64,000 bases of DNA from Camelus dromedarius (taxonomy: Eukaryota), in the NCBI RefSeq assembly GCF_036321535.1, contig NC_087436.1:101620001-101684000 (forward strand), written 5' to 3'. Both the position numbers and the translations under genes were made by a program. How positions within the stretch are numbered: the stretch's first letter is position 1; the number at the start of each line of letters is the position of its first letter. The notes beneath the pieces were generated by a model, which did no database searches, was not told the origin of the DNA, and was given only the letters and a program-made list of their open reading frames with translations. Below, in pieces: positions 53,003-64,000 of the stretch.

Positions 53003-54934
53003 GTGTGAATGTCTAAATGATTGATTCCAAGTTAAATCACTATCATATTAGTAACAAACTCCCACCACTTACTAAAATTATTATTTATTATACCTTAATT
53101 TAATAGTACTCAAAAAGTAATATTTTTCTACATATTAATTAATACATAAAATACTTTGCAGTGCTACAGTGAACACTTCATATGTCTAGATCTAGAGCTG
53201 TGGTGATTATGTTACAGTTACTACTTTGGAGGGGAGACATGCTTGCAGACCAAAACAAATCAAAATCTTGATTTTAGAACTTTAGAACAGGTTAAAAAAT
53301 GAAAATGGCTGCTCCAATTTGTGGCAACTACCATCCCTGCCTCTGCCCATATGCTTAAACCACGGTTTTATATACAGTGAATTTATGTTCCTATAAATAG
53401 GGTATCTTAAGAAACATGGGCTTATGTAATTTCAATCACATCGAGACAATGTTTCTTCTCATCTCAGTTAAATGCCTTAGGATATCTTAGCTCCAATCTA
53501 AATACGTTTTGATTGCAGTCACATATGGGCTCTTGAGAGAAAGTGAATACATGGGGAAAGTTTTTTAAATGTATATTTTCTCTATGTTACATAAAATTTA
53601 CGTAATTAGCAGTGGCAGTGCTTGTCAGGGGCATATCAAGAAATTATTTAGAGATATGACCTACTTAGAGGTCTGCAAATTGTGATATGGCAAAGTTGAT
53701 CACAGAGTATTAAGCAGGCTAAACACTAGAACATTTCATGGTCCCTTTCCTATTTTATTGAGTGAACATCAGTGTTATTATGGTGATGAAAACATAAAAA
53801 AAATGGTAAGATATTTCAAAAAGTATTGCACTTGTTTGTCTACAGACTCCTTGTAAAATGTGACTCACTGATGCAGTTTGGATGGGACATAACTGACCAC
53901 CAGGAAATATTTGAAAATATATGTCAATAAGCTCTTATATCATTCTCTTGAGGGAAGCCCTGAGATGCCAAATGTCCTCAGGTTCTGAAATGAGCAGTCC
54001 TGACACCAATAAAAATATCCACTAGGATATTTAAGAGTTATGACATATTATCTTCCTACTAGAAAAGTATTTGAAACTTCTAGAATCCAGTCAGTTATGA
54101 AGAGTTGAATTTTAGAAGGTAGAATACTAAACTAGGCCTATTTGACTATATAATTTGTTATAAAATGCACATACTTGTTTATTTTTATTATAGATAAAGC
54201 ACTAAGTTTTCACTCAGAGAAATATTTGGAAAATACACAAAATCACAAAAAAAACCCACTTTTAACATTTGATATGGAATTATCCAGATATAAATATATA
54301 TCTGCATCCATGTGCATCAGTGTATTATATTTTAAATTAAGCTACCACATATGACATATTTTAAAGATTTATCTATGCCATTAAATGTTTTCTTCTTGCA
54401 TGTGTTGTGCAAACCACACATATTCTGAGAAAACTGATACGCAGAAAAACCACTGAGTGGGCACAATCACCCAAACTCTCAGCCTATCACAGTTTAGGCT
54501 GGGCAAAGAGTATTGACAGATGTAGACCATGACCAAGTCGAGTTTCTGTATTGATGGTGGACGCGGATCTATGTGACTATGCAACAAAAGATGCACTCTG
54601 GTTGGAGGATTGTCCCTGTAAGAAAGGAAAGGCCTCTGAAAACCAACTGGTAAAATTAGTTTGTTCTGTTTTAGGCTCAGATCTGCTAGTTACTGAAAGA
54701 AGGAAGTATTTTTCTCCAGAGCAAATTTGTCTTTAATCATCAATAAATAACAGTAACAACATATGTGTATATGTACTGCAGTTGTTGGTATGTAAGGTGC
54801 ATTTTTAAAAATTATCTTGAATCCAATGAGCCCATATTATGTATGGAAGTTCTTGTGACATTGGTCACCCACAGGGGCTTTTAGGAGATTAAGTCTAACA
54901 TCAATGAGAGTAGAAATGTTCCCACATGAAAATG

Positions 54935-56605
54935 TCTAGTTTCTTAGCTTGGGCTTTTATGATAAAAAAACAAAACATAAGGCTGAGTGGCTTAAACAAC
55001 AGAAACTTATTTCTCACAGTTATGGAGGCTGGGAAGTTCAAAATCAAGATGCATACAGATTTGTTGTTGGTGAGGATCCTCTTTCCAGCTTACACACAGC
55101 TGCCCTCTCACTGTATCCTCACATAGGAGAGAAAGGGAGCCCTGGTATCTCTTCCTCTGTTTTTTTTTTAATTGAAGTACAGTCAGTTACAATGTGTCAA
55201 CCTCTGGTGCACAGCACAATGTCCCAGTCATGCACATACATACATGCATTTGTTTTCATTTTCTTTTTCATTAAAGGTTATCATAAGGTATTGAATATAG
55301 TTCCCTGTGCTATACAGAGGAATTTTTTTTTTAAATCTATTTTTATATACAGTGGCTAACATTTGAAAATCTCAAACTCCCAGATTTATCTCTTATCATC
55401 TCCCTTCCCCTGGCAACCACAAGATTGTTTACTATGTCTGTGAGTCTGTTTCTACTCTGTAGATGAGTTCATTAGTGTCCTCTTTTTTCCTTTTTTTTTC
55501 AGATAACACATGAGTAATATCATAGTATTTTTTCTTTCTCTTTCTGGCTTACTTCACTTAGAAGGATGATCTCTAGGTGGATCTACATTGCTACAAATGG
55601 CATTATTTTATTCTTTTTTATTGCTGAGTAGTATTCCATTGTATAAATATACCACAGCTGCTTTATCCAGTCATCTGTTGATGGACATTTAGGTTGTTTC
55701 CATGTCTTGGCTATTGTATATAGTGCTGCTGTGAACATTGGGGTGCAGGTGTCATCCTGAATTAGGGTTCCTTCTGGATATATGCCCAGGAGTAAGATTG
55801 CTGGATCTTATGGTAAGTCTAGTTTTAGGTTTTTGAGGAATCGCCAAACTGTTTTCCGTAATGGTTGCACCAAACTACATTCCCACCAACAGTGTAGGAG
55901 GATTTCCTTTTCTACACATCCTTTCCAGCATTTATCATTTGTGGACTTTTGAATGATGACCATTCTGACTGGTGTGAGGTGATACCTCATTTGATTTACA
56001 TTTTTATGATAATTATCAATATTGAGCATTTTTTCATGTGCCTATTGGCCATTTGTATGTCTTCATTGGATAATTGCTTGTTTAGGTCTTCTGCCCATTT
56101 TTGGATTGGGTTGTTTTTTTTCTTATTAAGTTGTGTGAGCTGTTTATATACTCTGGAAATTAAACCTTTGTCAGTCGCATCATTTTCAAATATTTTCTCC
56201 CATTCTGTAGGCTGTCGTTTTGTTTTGCTTATGGTTTGCTTTGTTGTGTAAAAGCTTGTAAGTTTAATTAGGTCCCATTTGTTAATTTCTGCTTTTATTT
56301 CTATTGCCTGTGTAGCTTTCCCTAGGAAAGCATTGCTTAGATTTATGTCAGAGAATGTTTTGCCTATGTTTTCTCCTAGGAGGTTTATTGTATCTTGTCT
56401 TATGTTAAGTCTTTAAGCCATTTAGAGTTTATTTTTAGGTATGGTGTGAGGGAGTGTAGGACACAAACACCATCATTAAGTTTCCACCTTATGACCTGAT
56501 TTAAATCTAATTACCTCCTGAAGACCCCACCTCTTACTATCATCACATTGAGGGGTAAGGTTTCAATGTACAAGTTTGAGGAGGACGCAGACATTCAGGG
56601 TGTCA
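54935..56605 (-). mobile_element. MLT1-type LTR interrupted by an L1
   Basis: 'ggcttaaacaacagaaacttatttctcacag..ggaggctgggaagttcaa' and 'cacattgaggggtaaggtttcaa' flank the L1. Confidence 0.75.
55160..56458 (-). mobile_element. 5'-truncated L1 (ORF2 C-terminus and 3' UTR)
   Basis: ORF 55808-56029 [13 protein letters not shown]...[22 protein letters not shown]. Confidence 0.93.
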
Positions 56606-57249
56606 CACATAGGTACAAATGTCTGATATTTCTTTGGTGTTGTGGAATATTATCAAAGATTCTGAGAGAGCTAGGGTAAAATGAACAGTACTAATGTTTA
56701 TTTTTTCAAATAATTTCTCTTGAAATTATGGTGCAAACTCCATCCAAGATGTTGTATATAGAAACTCCCCTTACATAGCACAAAGTTTTATATATTGATA
56801 AATATGTTAAAAAAGAATTTTCATATTACTTTGAAAGTAAACATGGGAGTATATAAAAAGGGGATCCAATTAAGTAAAAAGTCAAAGCCCATGTTTTTTG
56901 AGAACTCAGACTGACTTGAGCCAACTTGAAACTGAAATCTGAAGAAGCCTTAAATGTTATATTAAAAAAAAAAAAGAAGTTAGAAAAATAGCAATAGACT
57001 AAGAGTAGAGAACAGAAGATAATGAAAATAAAACCAATAATACATGAAACAGAAAAGATGAAACTTCAGTTTAACAAAGAAAACTGCTTATTGTTGGAAA
57101 TGATAATTCCAGATGGATTAAAGATTTAAAATTAAAAGCAAATTTGAAGCCAGTAATGACTACCTTAACAACTGTGTTTTCACAAAGTATACAATGAAAA
57201 TACAAAAGACATTGCCTGAATAAACTGAAATACCAGGAGCTGCTTATTG

Positions 57250-58140
57250 AAATAAGTTATATGGAAAATAAAAAGATAAGCCACAAACCAAAACAAGATA
57301 TTTGAAACATAACTGGGAAAGGAATTACTTTTATAATATTTTTATTCAGTGGGAAAAATAGAAAAATCAAGTACAAAAATAGTCAAAGGACATCTATAAT
57401 TATTTTAAAGAAAAAAAAAGTCTACAAATAAATAAAAATATGAGCTATTCATTCATGGAAATGAATATTCACATCACAATATGATACAATTTTATATTCA
57501 CTAGACAGGAGCAAATGAAGAAATCTGACAATACCACATTTTGGCAAGGGTGGGAATCAACAGGGACTTTTATACACTCTAGTGATATGGAAAATTGCTA
57601 AAAATCACTCTGAGAAAAAATATGGCTTTATCCTGACAAATATGCATGACTAAAATCTAGGAATTGCATTTCTAAGCATACACATATGTGCCAGGAAACT
57701 TATGCTAAAATGTTCATAGCAAGAATCATTCATAATAGCTAATGAGAAACAACAGAAGTATCTACAGGCAGGAGGAGGGATAACTGCATTTGGCCATATT
57801 CATGCAGTGTAGGAATTTGCAAACTATGGACCACAAGCCAAAGCAGGCAAGCCTCCTAATTTAGTAAATGGCGTTTTTTTGGAACACAGCCACACTCATT
57901 GGTTTATAAATTGGGTTAAGCTGCTTTTTCTGTATGCCAGCAGAGTGGGTAGTTGCAACAGAGACCATATGCCCTATAAAGCCAAACAATTTATTTTCTG
58001 CCTATTTACAGAAAAACTTGCTAATCCCTGGCCTAATGGAATAGTACACAGAAGTGAAAAGAAAGAACCGTGAAGCAACATGAATGAATCTCAGAAACAT
58101 GATAGCGACTAGAATATGATACTGTATTTTATGAAGCTCT
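57250..58140 (+). mobile_element. Ancient L1M fragment with nested MER58-like hAT element (~57810-58032)
   Basis: 'gcaaactatggaccacaagccaaa...ttggaacacagccacactcatt...gaaaaacttgctaatccctg'. Confidence 0.6.
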
Positions 58141-61041
58141 AATTTATTGACTAGCAAAATGAGGGTATATATTTTAGGAATACATATGGATATCATATAT
58201 TTATTGTACAATGCAAAAATATGCAATTCTCTGATGAGTTATTTGTATAATAGTGGAGGCAGCTGGACAGATTAGAAAATATGAATATAATTCCTGTTGA
58301 GTGAAAAGTTCAAAAGTATTTGTTTTATTACTTAAATTTTATCTTATATATTCATTCTGTTGATTGTTTTCATGTATCATTTATCTTATTGTTTAAATAC
58401 TAATGTAAAGTAGCCTTAGGTAAAGTCGGGAGAACATGAACACATCTGGGTGTCCATATATGGGAAGAGAAGTGGGAAATCCTTTAGGAAAGAAAGAAAA
58501 GAGAAATTTGAAGAAAAATAAGCTATGAGTATGTGTGTGTGTGTGTGTGTGTGTGTGTTCACAAGTATTATTATTACCATCATTAATAACTAAAGTATTA
58601 TATTTGGGTAGCAATATAGAGCAGTGGTTTGAAGGGGGCTTTGGAACAGAATATGTGGATTTGAATTATAGATCACAACTTCCTAGCTCTTTAAACTCGG
58701 ACAATGTAACCCATCTATAATATAAAGTGGAAAATGCATCTACTTAATGGATTTATTGTGAGACTAAATGGAGTTAAATCTTTCTCAAACAGTAGAAGAG
58801 CATTCAGAAGCACTTCAAAATGATTACCATTTTTTATTGTTTCATTTCATTTTTAATATAAATTATCTGGAAATATGCCTGCCACTAGAATAATCTAAAG
58901 TAAATATAGTTTAGGAAAATATTTAGTAAATTGAGAGGCAAACTCCAAAGTGGACACAATACACATTAATCTCCTGTTTTAAACATTTTCATGAAAAGGG
59001 TAAAAGTATTCCTGGTAAGATGGGCTTGCCCACAGGTGTGACTTATGAATTTTTCTTAGTTACACATGCATTTTTTTTTTAAAAGGACTGACCATTTTGA
59101 AATCAGGAAGTGTGCGATGATACTCTGAATGCGTATTTCCTTCAGGCATCCAAGTGTGCTCCATCCTGCAGTGGGGGTGGTCGCACTACATTCACTGCCA
59201 GATTGTCCCTCTAATGTTTAATCTTTCCAGCTGTTTTACAATTTGGGTACATCTCCTGGAAACTATTTCATCATATACTTTTAAAACTGGTTCTGCTGGA
59301 TCATACACATCTCAGATCCAGTGTCATAATGTCAGAGGTCAGACTACCCAACTTGCATGATTAATGAAAGATATACTGAAGAACTGGAGAGGGACTGTTT
59401 CTGATTTTAAAATTATATATTATCAAGATATTAATTTCTCTCAAATTAACTTAAAAATTCCATCCTGCTTGAAGTCCTAAATATGTTACATAGAAATTAA
59501 ATGTCCACAGTTCTTTCCTTTACTGTCATTTAAAAATATAATAATATTACATATTATATAATTTAATGATACTTTTATAGCATATAATTAAAATTTATAT
59601 CAACTTTTTCTATAATCTTTTCTATGTGATAAAATATATTTATTCTTGGTTATTCTTTTTTCAAATGATTTATTACTAAGTTTCATACTTGTATTTATTG
59701 ACCATTTAAATCTGTACATGTGTGAACATTTCTCCTGTTTAATTGGGAGTGTTTGCCTTTTCTAGACATTTGTTATATTAAAAAAAATGAATAAATAGAA
59801 TGGCCTTTTCATTGTGCAGAATTTATGTGTTGGCAATAAATGTTTAAAGAAATTACATTTTCATAGTTTATCATTAGTTTCTGGCATTTCAAAATTCTAT
59901 GTAGCCAGATCCATCACTTCTCAAATTAAATGGTTTCTTCCATTTTCACTAGAGTTTCAGAACTACTTTTTTCATCTTGAATTGAAGAAATATTACTCTG
60001 TCTTTGTCCCCATTTTTAATGATTGATTTTTAATCTTAATATTTAATTGATCTATTTTAACATTAACAATTATTTCTAGGTTATACAAATTTTTATTGAT
60101 CCTTTTTTTTTGTACCAGTTACCTCTGGTATAAAAACAAATATATATGTATATGTGGAAATTTTGGACTTACCCGTGATGTGAAAACTGTGACATTATTT
60201 CTATTTATGTTTTCATTTTATTTTTTGATTTGTTATGTTTTTCTTTTAGTTTGTGTTATTTGATATTTGGAATAAAATATCACAAAATAGTATTTGTGAC
60301 CCCCTCAATCATAAAGTTACTCATTTAGGTTTCATATTTACTATATTGGCTAAAACATCTGGTACAATATTAATAACAGATAATGTTGAAACAGCAATCC
60401 TAGCTCTGTTCCTAATTTCAGGTGGGATAACTCTATTATGTGGTTCACCATTAATTATGGTATTGGTTGATGGTTAAAAGCTAAATGTGTGTGTGTGTGT
60501 GTGTGTTTGTGTGCTTGTGTATTCAATAAAATCAAAAAATTAATTCCAGTAGTAACCCACAGTAATGCATGCATAACTAAGAAAAACATTCTTTTACACG
60601 GGTTACTACTAGAATCAATTGTTCAATTTTATTGAATATAAATTTTTATTTCCGTAATTGTAATTTTCTAAGCTTCTGAGATGACATACTTTTAGACTAA
60701 AAAAAAAAAAAAAAAAGAAGAAAGAAAAGAAAATCTACCTTACATTTAAGTTAAGCTCACTGTAACCTTTTAAAGAACTTACAGCTTTCAAGGACCTGCT
60801 CAGTACACACTCCTCATTTTATAGATAAATAAACTGAATCCTAGAAAGGCAAGCAATTTGTCTACAGTGAGACAGCATAATTGAAAAAGGCATGCATCTG
60901 ATTTAATTCTGCCACCAATCTCATGCACAATGTGGATAAGACTGTAATTTTTTTTATTCTCATCTTACACTTTACTCAAATGAGACTTAGCAGTTAACAA
61001 CTAATGTGCCTATGAGGGTTCTGTTTATTTGGAGAACCGTA

Positions 61042-61570
61042 TGTATTAGTCAGTGTTCTTCAAATAAACAGAACCAGTAAGACGTAGCTAAAGGAGATTT
61101 ATAGGAGTTAACTTGTGCATTTTCTTAGGCCAAGAATTCCCAAGATATGCAATCTGAAGAACCAGGAAAGCAGGTGTTGTAACTCAGTCCAAATCCAAAG
61201 GCCTGAGAACCCTTGAGAATCTAATGGGTGTAAGTTGGAGTCCAAAGGTCCCATTACGGGGTGAGGGGGAGCAATAGTGCAAGTTCTGATGTGACGATAA
61301 AGGCCAGAGAAACAGAAATGCCAGTGTCCCAGAGCAGAAGAAGATGGATTGTGTCAGCTCAAGTAAAGACAGCTAATTCACCCTTCCTTTGCCTTTCTGT
61401 TTTATTCAAACCCTCAGTGGATTGAATTGATGAAGACAATCTTTTTTACTCAGTCTACTGACTCAAATGCTAATTTCATCCAGAAACACTCCCATGGACA
61501 CATCCAGAATTAATGTTTCACCAGCAATCCCTTAGCACAGTCAAGATGATACATAAAATTAACCATCACA
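61042..61570. mobile_element. MLT2-type ERVL LTR
   Basis: 'tgtattagtcagtgttct...acagaacca' to 'acataaaattaaccatcaca'. Confidence 0.8.
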
Positions 61571-63211
61571 GAGCCCAAGGACATTCACTGAGTTTGAATT
61601 GAGACATGACTAAAGACCATGTATCTAGATTGGTACTTTGATGGTCTTTCCACTTTAATACTGTTCACAGTACAGGCAGATTGAAGGAAGGTGGTGTTCT
61701 CTCTTATTCCAACACTCGAACTTAGTACGTCATACTTGCTACTTTTTCCTAATCAAGTCTCTAAGCTGAGTAGAACATCTGTAAGCATCATTTGTTTGAA
61801 TTGACTATCACTTTCACAAGATGTGAAACAAGATCACTTTGCCTTGTAGGAAAATGTCAGGAATTCATAACCATTTTCAGGTTCTTGTCACCTTTGCTAT
61901 CCAGCAACTGAGGCATTGTCATCTCGTCAGCAATGTCGATCCCTCTTTTTCTAACGATATTGCAATTGTCACTTTCCTGACAGGTATTTTAGAAAATTGG
62001 CATTCTCGCCGAATTTTAGACAGAGTGACTTTAAAACCTGAGTGTTGGGAAGAAGAACCTATCTAAAACACGGGAGTGGATAAAATACACCTCGTGTGCC
62101 TTGATAACAACTGTTCAGAGTAGCCACAGGGCTTAAGAAAACTGTGGAGGCTGGCAGAAGCAGGAGGCTGGAATGCTGAAAGCAGACCAGCTCCTTCGGA
62201 TCAGGAAGGCTCTGCTGATATTGATTCAAGAGGCATGCTTTTCAAATGCAGACTTGGAGGTATAAGACCCAGATTACTTTACCTAATGTTTATTTGACAT
62301 TTAATACATCTTACCCAGTTTTATACTTACAAAAATAAATCCATACAACAACCACATATTGCTTGTATTTTCTTTATCTTGCATATAAATATGGGTCTAA
62401 CAGATAAGTAAATGCATAAAGGGGGGAAGTGATGATTGCTTAATTGAGTTGGTAGGGCTAGATTTAAGAAAAACCTACAAGAGATAGTGAAAGAACCAAG
62501 TTCATAGTCACCATTAGGACTGAAGGTAGTGAAGGGAATGGTTACCAGCACCCCGTAAAACCTGCAGCTGTAGGAGGGGGCATCCAGGAAGAAAAATCAG
62601 CATTGTCAGTCTTCAGACTGGCACAGAAAGAACCAAGGGCATAAACATCAAACTTCTATTATTGCCATCCTATTGGTGCTTCCTATTCATTAAAGTTCAG
62701 AAGATCAGGATCTTTGGTTGGTTCATTCTGTAAATATCACCCTCCAGAGGCATAGAGCAGGATGGAGAGGAGTGGAGTGTAGATCTGCCCAGGCAAGTCG
62801 GAACCTCCAGCACAACCCATTTCACATAGGAGGTCAATGAGCTTGCAGAGGTGAAATAACTTGCCTCAGGTAAAAATGCATGTAGTTGCTGAGATGGGAT
62901 TTAATTCATGATCTTCTGACACAAAGCTCTGAGTTTTTCCTCTTATGCCACCATTATGCCACTTCTCATTAAAAAAGAATTTATTCACTCCACTTTTCCT
63001 TTTCTGCAACATGGACTTTTATTTTAGCGGAAATTGAAAGAGTACAAAAAACGTACCTCAGAGTCATAAATGCTTATTTTAGCAACACAACCTAAAGTTA
63101 CTCTCGATCGCCTTCATCCCACCAATTCTCTTTCACAGAACCTCAGATGCTCTCACACACTTATATGATTATACTGAGCGTACCTATAAAATATGCTGAT
63201 TATGATAAATC

Positions 63212-63378
63212 TTTTTTTTAATTTTAATTTTTTTTATTGAACTATAGTTGATCCACAATGTTGTGTTAGTTTCAGGTGTACAGCAAAGTTATTCAGTTAT
63301 ATATATATATTATTTTTCAGATTCTTTTCCATTGTAGGTTATTATAAGATATTGAATATAGCTTCCTGTGCTGTACAA
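63212..63378 (-). mobile_element. Short L1 3' end
   Basis: T tail then 'tatagttgatccacaatgttgtgttagtttcaggtgtacagc'. Confidence 0.85.
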
Positions 63379-64000
63379 AATCCTTTAATACTTTTTAAAA
63401 GTACATTCTTACACTTATTTAGTCTAAAAATCAGATTTCAGTAGTAATCAATTACATGGGAAGAATGTATAATGACACTCATAAAGTATTTTAAAACAGA
63501 ATATTTTCCATTTAAATACTCTTCCAAAGGGCTGTTGTAAATTGCATAAGCTAACATTGGCAGTCGTTCATTTCTATTTGCAACAAATAATTATGAAAAC
63601 TTAATATTCATGAATCAGGTTATTTAATACTGTGAACAAAAACTTAAGACGTTTTACTAATTGAAAGGTGGATCTTGATGTTTTGATCTAGCTCTAAGTA
63701 GTGAATGGTAACTTACTTTTCAATAGAATAGTTTTACAACAATGTATTAAACTAAAGGAACCAATAATAACTTTCTAGAAAGGCAAATGGTTTTTACACA
63801 TGGGTTGCCTTCCCAAGATCAGAATACAAACATGCTGCCCTGCACTGTGCTGTATCTCTTGTCTGCACAGCAAGACTTTCAAGATATGTAGACCCCTGAA
63901 GTTGATGCTGATTCCTTATGCAGATTTGCAAGATAAAGAAGAAATACAGAGTAGCGACCTCCTGACACACAGGTTGCCAAGAGCCTACAATCCTGTGATA

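Noticed and set aside
1..64000. Prokaryotic systems (CRISPR, operons) or an intact host gene
   Set aside because: Sequence is mammalian repeat-rich DNA; no spaced repeat array or exon chain was recognised.

Overview
AT-rich, repeat-dense mammalian genomic DNA with no recognisable intact gene. It is probably camelid, inferred from two Vic-1-like tRNA-derived SINEs and artiodactyl-type L1 3' UTRs. All family assignments are from recalled sequences, not database searches. Main element: a young, internally deleted class I (gamma-like) ERV on the - strand (40511-45675; LTRs differ by 6 substitutions and one 22-bp indel; tRNA-Thr PBS). Its gag capsid region carries a ~300-bp captured, apparently spliced ATXN7 (ataxin-7) fragment with a pure (CAG)31 tract, joined at a shared K-P-Q-A microhomology. 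Second highlight: a ~2-kb poly(A)-tailed chimeric retrocopy (6872-8897, -) joining TRAPPC9-like and ANKRD26-like exons. Also present: a 35-nt tailless U2 retrocopy, an internally deleted L1, many L1 3' ends, solo LTRs, MLT, Tigger and MER relics, and microsatellites.
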